The notes under the pieces: generated by a model | Told to the model about the DNA's origin: nothing | The model's input: the letters and a program-made list of their open reading frames with translations, nothing else | The model's database searches: none | Position numbers and translations under genes: made by a program | In this document: positions 35,020 through 45,477 of the stretch, piece after piece | Numbering within the stretch: position 1 is the first letter of the stretch | How the letters are laid out: every line of letters begins with the position of its first letter | NCBI GenBank assembly: GCA_021157625.1 | Contig: JAGGWD010000015.1 | Coordinates: forward strand, 13,800 to 77,799 | DNA length: 64,000 bases | Direction: 5' to 3' | From: a bacterium | GTDB taxonomy: Bacteria > Patescibacteriota > Minisyncoccia > Minisyncoccales > JAGGXC01

Positions 35020-36846
35020 ATGCCTTTTCCTTTCTTTAAAAGAAAATCAAGCATACCAGAATTAGAGAAAATCGCTCAAGAAACTATTTTAGATGTAAAA
35101 GATATTATCGCTCCTTCTTCCATTATCGTAGGAGATGAGTCTATAAAATTGGGAGGGCGATTAGCAAAAAGCTTCTTTATTTTCTCTTATCCCCGCTATC
35201 TTAGTACAGGATGGCTTTCTCCTGTAATCAATCTAGATACTCCAATGGATATTGCTATCTTTATTCATCCTCTTGAAACAGGGCCATTACTCAAAAAACT
35301 AAGAAGACGAGTAACAGAGGTACAGGCAGAAATTGCTGAAAGAGAAGAGAAGGGACTAATAAGAGATCCGGCTCTTGAAACTGCTTATCGGGATCTAGAA
35401 ACCTTGAGAGAAAGACTCCAAACTGCTCAAGAAAGAATGGCAAATCTTGGGGTATACATCACTATTTATGGAGAAAATGAAAAACAATTAAAAGAAATCG
35501 AAACAACAATTCGTTCAATCCTTGAAGCAAGGCTTATATATATAAAACCCAATACTTACAAACAAAGAGAAGGTTTCATTTCTGCTCTTCCCTATGGAAT
35601 GGATAAGATCCAAAGGTATACTTTAATGAACACTTCTCCTATATCAAGCATTTTTCCGTTTATTTCTTTTGATTTAAGTAGTAACGAAGGAATTCTTTAT
35701 GGAATTAATAAACACAACAACTCTCTCATCCTCTTTGATAGATTTTCTCTTGAGAATGCCAACGAAGTTGTCTTTGGAAAAGCGGGAGGAGGTAAAAGCT
35801 ATGCTGTGAAATTAGAAATTCTAAGACTGCTAATGCAGGGAGTAGATGTGATAGTAATCGATCCTGAAAACGAATATGAGTTTTTAGCTGATGCCGTGGG
35901 CGGTTCGTTCTTTAACATATCTCTCTCTTCCCAAAACCATATCAATCCTTTTGATTTGCCAGTTGTAAGAGAAGATGAAAAACCTGAAGATGTCTTAAGA
36001 GCAAATGTAATAAACCTAGTAGGACTCCTCCGAATAATGCTAGGAGGGTTAACTCCAGAAGAAGACGCTATAATAGACAGAGCTATTACTGAAACCTATG
36101 CTGCCAGAGATATAACCCCAGAAACAAATCCTGAAACCTGGCACGCCAATATTCCTTTAATGGAGGATTTAGAATCTGTTCTGGAAGGAATGGAAGGAAC
36201 AGAGTCTCTGGTAAGAAGATTAAGAAAATTCACAAAAGGCACTTACTCTCAATTTTTTAATCAACCTACAAACATCTCTATGGAAAAAAGTTTTGTCTCT
36301 TTTGGAATAAGAGACATGGAAGAGGAATTACGTCCAATGGCAATGTTTGTAATTATGCGCTATATCTGGAACAAAGTAAGATCAGAATTGAAAAAAAGAG
36401 TTCTTGTAGTAGATGAAGCATGGTGGATAATGCAGACAGAAGATGGCGCCTCTTTCCTATATGGTCTTGCAAAGAGAGCAAGAAAATACTGGTTAGGAGT
36501 GACTACCGTAACTCAAGACGTTGGTGATTTTATGAAATCCACTTATGGCCAACCAATTATCACTAATTCTTCTATTCAACTACTTCTAAAACAAAGCCCT
36601 GCCACTATAGATGTAGTCCAGAAAGCGTTTAATTTAACCGAACAAGAAAAGTATCTATTGCTTGAATCAGCAGTAGGAGAGGGATTGTTTTTTGCTGGGC
36701 CCAAGCATGTGGCAATTAAAATAGTAGCTTCTTATGCTGAAGATCAATTCATTACCACTTCCCCAGAACAAGTTCTCAAAATTAAAAAAGCCAAAGAAAA
36801 ATTAGCTAAAGAAAAACCTCTATCTGAGGAAGAAAAACTTTATTAA
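35020..36846 (+). CDS. virB4: VirB4/TraC-like conjugation-type ATPase
   Basis: GKAGGGKS, VIDPENEY, INPFD, VVDEAW, RARKY, TVTQD. Confidence 0.88.
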   Translation: MPFPFFKRKSSIPELEKIAQETILDVKDIIAPSSIIVGDESIKLGGRLAKSFFIFSYPRYLSTGWLSPVINLDTPMDIAIFIHPLETGPLLKKLRRRVTEVQAEIAEREEKGLIRDPALETAYRDLETLRERLQTAQERMANLGVYITIYGENEKQLKEIETTIRSILEARLIYIKPNTYKQREGFISALPYGMDKIQRYTLMNTSPISSIFPFISFDLSSNEGILYGINKHNNSLILFDRFSLENANEVVFGKAGGGKSYAVKLEILRLLMQGVDVIVIDPENEYEFLADAVGGSFFNISLSSQNHINPFDLPVVREDEKPEDVLRANVINLVGLLRIMLGGLTPEEDAIIDRAITETYAARDITPETNPETWHANIPLMEDLESVLEGMEGTESLVRRLRKFTKGTYSQFFNQPTNISMEKSFVSFGIRDMEEELRPMAMFVIMRYIWNKVRSELKKRVLVVDEAWWIMQTEDGASFLYGLAKRARKYWLGVTTVTQDVGDFMKSTYGQPIITNSSIQLLLKQSPATIDVVQKAFNLTEQEKYLLLESAVGEGLFFAGPKHVAIKIVASYAEDQFITTSPEQVLKIKKAKEKLAKEKPLSEEEKLY

Positions 36847-37304
36847 GGATAAGGACGCACAACTACTCTTCTCTTGGGCTCTTTCCCAATACTCTCTGTG
36901 GTAACGCTTCTGCGATCAGCTAATTCTAAATGAATGATTCTTCTTTCATAAGCAGGCATTGGAGGTAGAACTTTTTCTTTCTTTGTTAAAGTTACATCAT
37001 CAGCAATAGAACGAGCAAGCTGACGAAGATATTCTATTTTCTTTTTTTTATATCCATTTATGTCAAGATCAATATAGAAACTTTTATCAATTTTTCTCCT
37101 CAAGATTGCTTTCAAAAGACGCTGAACTTCTAACAATGTTTGGCCTCTCTCGCCGATTAAAATCTGAGGCTCCTGAACCTTAACATCAATAGGTAATGTA
37201 TCTTGGTGACAAGCGCCTACCTTTATCTCTGCCGAGATATTCATCTTTTCGAAAAACTCCTCTACAACATTCTTGATATTAGTAATTTCTTGTGAGGTTA
37301 ACAT
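36843..37304 (-). CDS. khpB: Jag/KhpB KH-R3H RNA-binding protein (short form)
   Basis: LIGERGQTL, DINGY, PMPAYERRIIH, ESIGKEPKRRVVV; downstream of yidC. Confidence 0.88.
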   Translation of the reverse strand: MLTSQEITNIKNVVEEFFEKMNISAEIKVGACHQDTLPIDVKVQEPQILIGERGQTLLEVQRLLKAILRRKIDKSFYIDLDINGYKKKKIEYLRQLARSIADDVTLTKKEKVLPPMPAYERRIIHLELADRRSVTTESIGKEPKRRVVVRPYP

Positions 37305-38016
37305 TTTTTTGATGATGGAAAATCAAATATTGTTGTCCTATAGAAAAAATGGTAGAAGTAAGCCAATAAAGTCCAATCGCAGCAGGTAATTGCCATAAAA
37401 TTACAACGGTCATAAAAGCAAAAATATAAGTCATTTGTTTTTGCATTGCTTGAGAAAAATCTTCTATCTTTCTAGAAGAACTCCGCGGCTCAACCATCTT
37501 AGATTGTAAAAATTGAAATACTCCTGCCAATAGAGCTAAAGATTTGGAAGGATTAGTAAGAGCGATGATTCCCAAAAACATAGGATTAATTTCAGAAGGA
37601 GGAGTTACAAAACTATATAAAAGAGAGGGCTCTATACTTCCTGAATCAAAACTTATATTTTTGAGGACCAAAAATAAAGCAATTAAAATTGGTAATTGAA
37701 TCAATAAAGGCAAACAACCAGAAAAAGGATTTATCTCTTTCTTTTTGTAAAGTTCCATTATAGCTTTTGCTTGTTTTTCTTTATCTTCCTTAAACTTCTT
37801 TTGAATTTCTTTTATTTGAGGTTGAATTTCTTGAAGAGCTTTCTGTGATTTTATTGACTTAAGAGAGACAGGGAAAAGGACAATTTTTATAATACATGTT
37901 AAAGCAATAATAGCCACGCCAAAATCATGGCCCGGCAGATAGTTATACAGAAGAACTAAACTATTAATTATGGGACGATATAAGATAATATTAAAAAAAG
38001 CTCTTAAGATCTCCAT
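37279..38016 (-). CDS. yidC: Membrane protein insertase YidC
   Basis: INPFSGCLPLLIQLPIL, GLYWLTS...QQ. Confidence 0.94.
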   Translation of the reverse strand: MEILRAFFNIILYRPIINSLVLLYNYLPGHDFGVAIIALTCIIKIVLFPVSLKSIKSQKALQEIQPQIKEIQKKFKEDKEKQAKAIMELYKKKEINPFSGCLPLLIQLPILIALFLVLKNISFDSGSIEPSLLYSFVTPPSEINPMFLGIIALTNPSKSLALLAGVFQFLQSKMVEPRSSSRKIEDFSQAMQKQMTYIFAFMTVVILWQLPAAIGLYWLTSTIFSIGQQYLIFHHQKNVNLTRNY

Positions 38017-38017
38017 T

Positions 38018-38224
38018 TTAAGGAATATCTACTCCTCCTTTATTTAATGGATGGCATTTTAATATTCTCTTAACTGCCAAAAATATTCCTTTCCTTGCGC
38101 CGTATTTCTTTATGCTCAAAAAACAATATTCAGAACAAGTAGGATAAAAACGACAATGCTTTCCAATCAAAGGAGAAATGAATCTCTGATAAAATTTAAT
38201 TATCTTAAGAAGACCTTTTTTCAT
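38018..38224 (-). CDS. yidD: Membrane protein insertion efficiency factor YidD
   Basis: [24 protein letters not shown]. Confidence 0.93.
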   Translation of the reverse strand: MKKGLLKIIKFYQRFISPLIGKHCRFYPTCSEYCFLSIKKYGARKGIFLAVKRILKCHPLNKGGVDIP

Positions 38225-38561
38225 TAAACAATTTTGCTTCATTAAAGAGATTCTCTACTATTTTCTCTAATTCCACAAAAGTTTTTCTTTCTATTCCTGG
38301 CCTAGCAATTAAAACCCCGTCTACCTTTTTCTTTATACTGGGCAATCTCTTTCTTACTATCTCTCTCAATCTCCTTTTTATCTTGTTTCGCACCACCGCT
38401 TTTTTGCTCACTTTCTGTGAAACCACAAAACCAAATCTGGGGTTTTCTAAATTATTATCAACAATCTTTAAAATCAAGACTTCTTCCTCAAACCCTTTGC
38501 CTCTTTTAAATACATATTCAAAATCCTTTCTTTTTTTTAGTCTATTTTCTGCAGGAAGCAT
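38205..38561 (-). CDS. rnpA: Ribonuclease P protein component
   Basis: [31 protein letters not shown]. Confidence 0.95.
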   Translation of the reverse strand: MLPAENRLKKRKDFEYVFKRGKGFEEEVLILKIVDNNLENPRFGFVVSQKVSKKAVVRNKIKRRLREIVRKRLPSIKKKVDGVLIARPGIERKTFVELEKIVENLFNEAKLFNEKRSS

Positions 38562-38563
38562 TT

Positions 38564-38698
38564 CTAGACAGTAATTCTTTTTCTTTTCTTTTTCCTTCTT
38601 CTCTTTATTACTCTTCTACCTCCTGGGGTTTTCTTTCTTTTTCTAAAACCGTGAGTCTTTTTTCTCTTTCGCTTTTTTGGTTGGTAAGTAATACTCAT
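38564..38698 (-). CDS. rpmH: 50S ribosomal protein L34 (missing from the ORF track)
   Basis: Manual translation [44 protein letters not shown]; canonical position before rnpA. Confidence 0.93.
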   Translation of the reverse strand: MSITYQPKKRKRKKTHGFRKRKKTPGGRRVIKRRRKKKRKRITV

Positions 38699-38809
38699 TG
38701 TTTTTCTAGTATAAAGCTTTCTCAAGAAGAAGTCAACTTTACTAAAAATTCACAGATTCTCCCCAATTTTTTAACAAAAAACCGTTTTTTTACTATTTCT
38801 TATGAATAT

Positions 38810-38839
38810 TTGACACCCCTAAAAAGACAATACTATAAT
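38810..38839 (+). promoter_or_regulatory. dnaA promoter
   Basis: TTGACA-N18-TATAAT, 24 nt before the dnaA ATG. Confidence 0.6.
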
Positions 38840-38863
38840 ATGTTAGGAACTAATTAAAAAACT

Positions 38864-40219
38864 ATGACCAAAGAAGAACTGTGGGAAGCAGTTTTGGCTC
38901 AAATTAAATTTAAAATCTCTAAAGCTAACTTTGCTACTTGGTTTAGAAATACAGAAATTATTGACAAAAAAGGAAACGCTATAATCATCTCTGTCCCAAA
39001 CGCTTTTTCGAAAGAATGGCTAGAACAGAAATATAATAAATTCATTTTAAAAATCCTCCATAATTTAGATAGAGAAATAAAGGAAGTAAAATATGTCATA
39101 AGCCATGGACAGCCCAAAAAGCAAGAAACGGAAGATCTTTCTGTTTCTGACATTGTGCCTGATCAATTGGAACTCGAGGAGTATAAAATCAACAAATTAA
39201 CAAATATAAATCCGCGTTATACTTTTGAAAACTTTGTAGTAGGACCTTTCAACGAAATGGCTCATGCAGCCGCGACAGCTGTTACTAAAAATCCAGGCAG
39301 AATTTATAATCCATTATTTATCTATGGAGGTGTAGGATTAGGAAAAACCCATCTTCTTCAGGCAATAGGAAATAAGATTATTGAAGATTTTCCTGAGAAG
39401 ACAGTAAGATATATTCCTGCAGAAAGATTTATTTCAGGCATCGTTAATTCTATAAGGAATCATGATATAGAGAGTTTTAAATTAGAGTACCAAAAGGTAG
39501 ATGTATTGATTATTGATGATATTCAGTTTTTAGCTGGAAAAGAAAAAACTCAAGAAGAATTCTTCCATCTTTTTAATTCGCTTTATGAAAGAGACAAGCA
39601 AATTGTATTATCCTCGGACCGTCCTCCAAAAGCTATCCCTTCTCTGGAAGAAAGGTTGCGTTCTCGCTTTGAGGGAGGAATGATTGCTGACATTGGACTT
39701 CCTGATTATGAAACCCGATTAGCTATTTTAAAAACAAAGATTAAACAAAAAGGAACAAATCTTCCAGAGAAGATTTTGAGCTTTATTGCTTCAAATATTA
39801 AAAATAACATACGAGAATTAGAAGGGGCTCTAAACAGACTCGTAGCCTACCAAAAATTAAACAACAAAACTCCTACCTTAGAAGTAGCTCAATCTCTTCT
39901 TAAAAATTTAATCCAGGGTCCCAAAAAAGTTATAACCGCAAAACAATTAATAAAAACAGTGGCTGAATTCTATGATTTAAAAGAAAAGGATCTTCTAGCG
40001 CCTTCAAGAAAAAAAGAAGTAGTAAAACCTCGTCAAATAGTAATGTATTTATTAAGAGAAGAATTGAAATATTCGTATCCTGCTATAGGGAGAAAATTAG
40101 GAGGAAAAGATCATACCACAATCATTTATGGGTGTGAAAAAATAAGTAAAGAATTAGAGAAAAATGAAAGTTTAGCTGAGGAGTTAAGGTTAATCCGACA
40201 GAGAATAGTAAGTGGATAA
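38864..40219 (+). CDS. dnaA: Chromosomal replication initiator DnaA
   Basis: YTFENFV, NPLFIYGGVGLGKTHL, IDDIQF, RELEGAL, GGKDHTT. Confidence 0.98.
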   Translation: MTKEELWEAVLAQIKFKISKANFATWFRNTEIIDKKGNAIIISVPNAFSKEWLEQKYNKFILKILHNLDREIKEVKYVISHGQPKKQETEDLSVSDIVPDQLELEEYKINKLTNINPRYTFENFVVGPFNEMAHAAATAVTKNPGRIYNPLFIYGGVGLGKTHLLQAIGNKIIEDFPEKTVRYIPAERFISGIVNSIRNHDIESFKLEYQKVDVLIIDDIQFLAGKEKTQEEFFHLFNSLYERDKQIVLSSDRPPKAIPSLEERLRSRFEGGMIADIGLPDYETRLAILKTKIKQKGTNLPEKILSFIASNIKNNIRELEGALNRLVAYQKLNNKTPTLEVAQSLLKNLIQGPKKVITAKQLIKTVAEFYDLKEKDLLAPSRKKEVVKPRQIVMYLLREELKYSYPAIGRKLGGKDHTTIIYGCEKISKELEKNESLAEELRLIRQRIVSG

Positions 40220-40384
40220 ATATGGGATAAAGTAAAACAAACCAAATAATCCCCAATCAAACCCCATTCCCTTAAACAATTTCTTTTATCCTCACAAGCC
40301 TATAAACACAACAAGAAACCCAAAAAATATTAAAAACAAAAAAATTCTACAATTATTAAGATTAAATAATTTAGAATAAAAAAT
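40211..40384. other. Probable replication origin (oriC)
   Basis: dnaA-dnaN intergenic region with near-consensus DnaA boxes (AGTGGATAA 40211, TAATCCCCA 40247, TTATCCTCA 40286) and a very AT-rich stretch before dnaN. Confidence 0.65.
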
Positions 40385-41512
40385 ATGAAATTATCTATCT
40401 TAAAAGATGAACTACAAGCAGGACTAAATGCAATTACCAGAATAACTTCTAAATCGATTACTTTACCTATTCTGAATAACATTTTAATTGCCTGCGAGAA
40501 AAATTTTCTAAAACTTGCAAGTACTGATCTAGAAATAGGGATAAAATACTGGATCTTAGCTAAAACAGAAAAAGAAGGTGCTATCACTGTTCCTGCAAAA
40601 TTTTTCGCTAATCTGATAAACCTTATTCCTGATCAAAAAATAGATTTAGAAGAAAAAAACAATATCTTATATATCGAAACAAAAAATTACAAAAGCCAAA
40701 TAAAAGGAATTAGCGCAGATGATTTTCCTATTATTCCTCAGATAAAAAGTAATAAAATTTTAGAGATAAAAGCAAAAACATTAAGTGAAGGACTTTCTCA
40801 AATTATAGATACAGCTTCACCTTCTCAAACAAGGCCTGAAATATCCGGAATTTCTTTTTCCGTTTCTAAAAATATAGTAGAGATGGCAGCTACTGACAGT
40901 TTTAGGTTAGCAGAGAAAAAGATTATACTTCCGAAAGAATCTTCGATTCCTGAGACATCAGTGATTCTTCTTCAAAAGGCAGCCAGAGAAATAATCAATA
41001 TATTTGGAGAAGATACAAAAAGAATTAAGATTTATTTTTCTCCGAACCAAGTGATGTTTGAATCAGAAATGAACGAAGTTAAACATCCACATATTCAGTT
41101 GATCTCACGCCTTATAGAGGGCGAATATCCAAATTATAAAGAAATTATTCCTTCTAGTTTTAAAACGCAAATTGTACTTTCTCGACAGGATTTCTTAAAT
41201 CAAATAAAAACTGCCAGCTTATTCAGTGGAAAGATTAATGAGATAAAAATCAAGGCCAATCCAGAGCAAGAAATAGTTGAGGTTTATGCTCAAAATCCAG
41301 ATCTTGGACAGAATAAATCCAGAATAAAAGCAAAAGTAAGAGGCCAAAAAGCAGAGGTTTGTTTTAATCATAGATTTCTTACGGCTGGGCTTTCAAATAT
41401 AAAAACAAAAGAGGTAATTTTTGGCCTGAACGGAGAAGAAGATCCTGCTGTTCTTAAGCCTCTAGATGATGAGAGTTTTATTTATGTAGTAATGCCTATA
41501 AAAAGTAGTTAG
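40385..41512 (+). CDS. dnaN: DNA polymerase III beta clamp
   Basis: LPILNNIL, STDLEI, ATDSFRLAE, LIEGEYPNY, YVVMPI. Confidence 0.97.
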   Translation: MKLSILKDELQAGLNAITRITSKSITLPILNNILIACEKNFLKLASTDLEIGIKYWILAKTEKEGAITVPAKFFANLINLIPDQKIDLEEKNNILYIETKNYKSQIKGISADDFPIIPQIKSNKILEIKAKTLSEGLSQIIDTASPSQTRPEISGISFSVSKNIVEMAATDSFRLAEKKIILPKESSIPETSVILLQKAAREIINIFGEDTKRIKIYFSPNQVMFESEMNEVKHPHIQLISRLIEGEYPNYKEIIPSSFKTQIVLSRQDFLNQIKTASLFSGKINEIKIKANPEQEIVEVYAQNPDLGQNKSRIKAKVRGQKAEVCFNHRFLTAGLSNIKTKEVIFGLNGEEDPAVLKPLDDESFIYVVMPIKSS

Positions 41513-43681
41513 GTTTTGAATTCTGGATGTAGTAAAAGCCATCTTTTAATTCCTTCTTCCCAGTTTTTAAATTGAATGTCTTGGCTTGGATCTTGTGGAT
41601 TCGGACCTAAGGGGTCGTTTTTATTTACATAATAAAGAATAGAATGATTACCCTTACCTATTTGTCCGTTCAAAACGGGTTTGGTGGTTGAGGCATTTTC
41701 TGGTTTTTCAAAATTTTGAGAAGGAAAATTCTTAAGTGCCTCTTCCATAAAACTATGGAAAATAGGTCCTGCTAGTACCACTCCTGGTTTTTTGAAGGTA
41801 GGAAGGTTGTTATTATTCCCTACCCATACTCCTACTACAATTGAAGGGGTATAACCAATAGTCCAGGCATCTCTGTATTCTTGAGTTGTTCCTGTTTTTG
41901 CTGCTACTTCTTTTTCTTGAAAGTATAAAGGGGAATGTAAACCAAACATTGGCGTTCTTGCTTCGTTGTCAGAGAGAATATCATTGATTTGTCTACAAAC
42001 TTCTTTATCTAATACTCTTTTGGGAGTGATTTTAGCTTCTTCTAAAATGTTTCCTTGCGAATCTTCAATTTTTAGTATGCTTATCGGGGGGTACTTTTAA
42101 TCCTTCTGTAGCAAAAACTCCATAAGCAGAAACCATATCGAGAAGCTTTACCTCCCCTCCTCCTAAAACTAATGAAAGGCCATATTCAGAAGGTTTTTTG
42201 TTGAGGGTAGTAATCCCTAGTTTTTTTGCTAAGTTAATAGTATTTTCAACACCAGCAAGATAAAGAACTTTTACTGAAGTAACATTAATAGACTGAGCAA
42301 GAGAACTTTTAGCGGTAATAGGTCCTCGGAATTTTCCGTCATAGTTTTGAGGATGATAGCATTTTAATCCATATTTATCTTTTGTTTGAGTAGCAGAAGG
42401 GTCACAGTTTGGGTTAAATTCAGTTTCTACGTCCCAAAGAATCATTTGAGGAGTAAAGCCTTTTTCAAAAGCGGCCGCATAGGCAAATGGTTTAAAAGCG
42501 GAGCCTGGCTGACGACCTGGATTGCTTTTTGTTCCTACGGCAATATTAAACTTTGGGTCAAAAAGGCATGTCTTTCCGGAAATACAATCTTTGGGATAAG
42601 GTTCTGCAAACCAATCAGCTGAACCAACCATAGATAGAATCTCTCCATTTTTTGGGTTTATTGCTACTAGAGCTGCGTTGTAGGCATTATAATTTCTATT
42701 TATTTTTACTCTCTCAGCTACAATTTTTTCTGCTTTTTTTTGAAGTTCCCAGTCAAGAGTAGTATAAACCTTTAGACCATTTTCGTTTAAAAAATCTTGA
42801 CCATACTTTTTGAGTAATTGTTGCTTAACATATAAGACAAAATGAGGAGCTTTAATTGGTTCTGTGACTTCTGCAAATTTTAACTTTTGATTTTTGGCTT
42901 CCTTGGCTTCTTGTGCGCTAATAAAGCCTAGATTTAACATACGATCTATTATATAATCTTTTCTTTCGAGTAATTCGTCTTTATGCATTCCATAGGGAGA
43001 AAGATAAGAAGGTGCTTTTATTAATGCAGCGAGCGTTGCCGCTTCTGCTAATGTAAGATCTTTGGCTGGTTTTTTAAAGAAGGTCTGGCTTGCAGCTTCA
43101 GCTCCATATGCATTAGAACCAAAAGGTACTTGGTTGAGATACCATTCCAATATCTGTTCTTTGGGATATTTCATCTCCAGTTCTAAACTTAAAACCACTT
43201 CTCTTATTTTGCGCTTTATAGTTTTCTCTCGTCCAAGAAACGAGGAACGGATGAGCTGTTGAGTAATAGTTGATCCTCCCTGAATCGGTTTTTTTAGTTT
43301 TAGATCGACCAGGATAGAGCGTATAATCCCTCCAAAATCTACTCCGTGATGGTGCCAGAAATTTTCATCTTCTGCTGCAATTACTGCTTTTTGTAGGAAA
43401 GGAGAAATTTCTTCTAAGGGCACAACTTCTCTTTTCTCCTCTCCATGAATGGTATACAGAAGCACTTTGCCTGTTCGGTCGTAGATCTTTGTAGATTGAA
43501 AAACTTTTCTCTCCAAAAAATCTTCTGGTCGAGGAAGATCCTTGATATAATAAACAAAGATAGCTGCACATCCCAAAAAAACAATCAAAAAAAACCCTCC
43601 CAGAAATTTAAAAACAAACAAGATCTTTTTGGGTAAGGTGTTTTTTTTGTATATCTTTAAATGTCTTTTTCTTCTTGCCAT
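41509..43681 (-). pseudogene. Class A penicillin-binding protein (PBP1A family) split by a frameshift at 42086-42091
   Basis: Transglycosylase motifs (AAEDENF, GGSTITQQL, YLNQV) and transpeptidase SAFK and SIN are in ORF 42065-43723; KTGT is in ORF 41509-41949; removing one C joins the two frames. Confidence 0.85.
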
Positions 43682-43751
43682 AAATGTCACTCTCATTTTA
43701 GAAAAATTGTTTTGAATTGGCAATTTATTCTTTTTTTTGTATGATTAAAAA

Positions 43752-44945
43752 ATGGTGAGCGTCAATCAAAAAAAGATAAATGAGCTTTTAACAAGAGGGG
43801 TAGAGACTATTATAGAGAAAAAGAGCCTGCTCAAAAAACTAAAGAGCGGAAAGAAGCTAAGAGTAAAACACGGAATAGATCCCACAGGTCCTAATATTCA
43901 TGTGGGAAGAGCGATTTCTTTTTGGAAACTAAGAGAGTTTCAAGAATTAGGGCACCAGGCTGTCTTGGTAATAGGAGATTTTACGGCTTGTATCGGAGAT
44001 GCTTCTGACAAAATAACAATGCGTCGCCCATTGACTCGTCCTGAAGTTAAAAGAAATTTAGCAACTTATTTAGATCAGATAGGTAAAATTTTGGATCTCA
44101 AAAAGACAGAAATTCACTACAATAGTGAGTGGTTGGACAAACTTAAAGCTCAAGAATTGGTTGAATTGGCAATGCATTTTACGGTTTATCAAATGATTAA
44201 CAGAAGAAATTTCAGAGAAAGATTTGAAGCAAAGAAACCGATTGGTCTTCATGAAATACTTTATCCTCTTTTTCAAGGGTATGATTCTATGATGGTTAGA
44301 GCTGATATTGAAATTGGAGGTTTTGATCAATTGTTTAATTTTATAATAGCAAGAAAAATTCAGGAAATTTATCATCAGAAGCCTCAGGATATTATAACCT
44401 TCAAATTGCTTTATGGAACTGACGGAAGGAAGATGAGTACTACTTGGGGAAATGTAATAAATATTTCTGATTCTCCCCAGGAACAATATGGAAAGGTGAT
44501 GTCTATAAGAGATGATTTAATAATTAATTATTTTGAAATGCTAACAAAGGTTCCGCTTAAGGAAGTAAAGGATATAAAAAAGGCTCTCTCTTTAGGAAAG
44601 CTTAGTCCTCGCGACGCAAAAGCAAGGCTAGCAAGAGAAATAGTAAAACTCTATTACGGAGAAAAAGAGGCTCTAAGAGCAGAAAAGGAATTTGAAAGAG
44701 TGTTTAAGGAGAAAAAACTTCCTTCCAAAATCAAAGCTATCTCTCTCAAAGAAAAGAAAATGAACATATGTGATTTGTTGAAGAAAACAGGACTTGTTTC
44801 TTCTAAATCTGAGGCCAAAAGGCTAATAATCCAAAAAGGTGTTAGAATTGATGGTCAACTTCAAGATAATTGGCAGAGAGAAGTAGAAATAAAAAAAGGA
44901 ATGATAATTCAAGTAGGAAAGAGAAAATTTGTAAAGATAAATTAA
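43752..44945 (+). CDS. tyrS: Tyrosine--tRNA ligase
   Basis: GIDPTGPNIHVG, YPLFQGYD, GGFDQ, KMSTT, S4-like C-terminus. Confidence 0.96.
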   Translation: MVSVNQKKINELLTRGVETIIEKKSLLKKLKSGKKLRVKHGIDPTGPNIHVGRAISFWKLREFQELGHQAVLVIGDFTACIGDASDKITMRRPLTRPEVKRNLATYLDQIGKILDLKKTEIHYNSEWLDKLKAQELVELAMHFTVYQMINRRNFRERFEAKKPIGLHEILYPLFQGYDSMMVRADIEIGGFDQLFNFIIARKIQEIYHQKPQDIITFKLLYGTDGRKMSTTWGNVINISDSPQEQYGKVMSIRDDLIINYFEMLTKVPLKEVKDIKKALSLGKLSPRDAKARLAREIVKLYYGEKEALRAEKEFERVFKEKKLPSKIKAISLKEKKMNICDLLKKTGLVSSKSEAKRLIIQKGVRIDGQLQDNWQREVEIKKGMIIQVGKRKFVKIN

Positions 44946-45472
44946 TATTTCTTTTTATTTTTCTTTTTTAAAGAGGTTCTTGAAACTTTGTAATACCTTA
45001 AAGCACTACATACAGCAATTGCTAAAGCATCTGCAACATCATCTGGTTTAAGGTTTTCTTTTATTTTTAATATTTTTTTAATTTTTTTCTGCACTTCATT
45101 TTTCTTTGCCCATCCATTATTGGTAATCATTGACTTTACTTGCAGAGGGGTGAAAAAATCTACTGGTATTTTTTTCTTTGCCGCTGTGAGTAAAATCACT
45201 CCTTCTGCTTGCGAGACAGGAATTGCTGTTTTTGTATTTCTAAAAAAATATAATTTTTCCATTGCCAAGAGTTCTGGTTGATATTTTTTAATAATTTTAT
45301 TAAGCTCATTGTTTATCTTCTTTAATCTTTCCGGAAGAGAGAGTGAAGGGCTCGTTTGAATTAAACCATAATCTATACACTCAAAACGTCTCTTCCTTGT
45401 TTTTTTCTTTTTTATTTTAATTAACCCATATCCTGTAGTGGCAGTTCCTGGATCAATTCCGAGAATAATCAT
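44942..45472 (-). CDS. ruvC: Holliday junction resolvase RuvC
   Basis: ILGIDPG, EKLYF, PDDVADALAIA. Confidence 0.95.
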   Translation of the reverse strand: MIILGIDPGTATTGYGLIKIKKKKTRKRRFECIDYGLIQTSPSLSLPERLKKINNELNKIIKKYQPELLAMEKLYFFRNTKTAIPVSQAEGVILLTAAKKKIPVDFFTPLQVKSMITNNGWAKKNEVQKKIKKILKIKENLKPDDVADALAIAVCSALRYYKVSRTSLKKKNKKKY

Positions 45473-45477
45473 AATTT

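Noticed and set aside
25618-36846. Integrative conjugative element or prophage
   Set aside because: No integrase, relaxase, att repeats or phage genes are visible, and the cluster abuts core origin genes.
38651-38857. 68-aa ORF on the + strand
   Set aside because: It overlaps rpmH on the opposite strand and the dnaA promoter.
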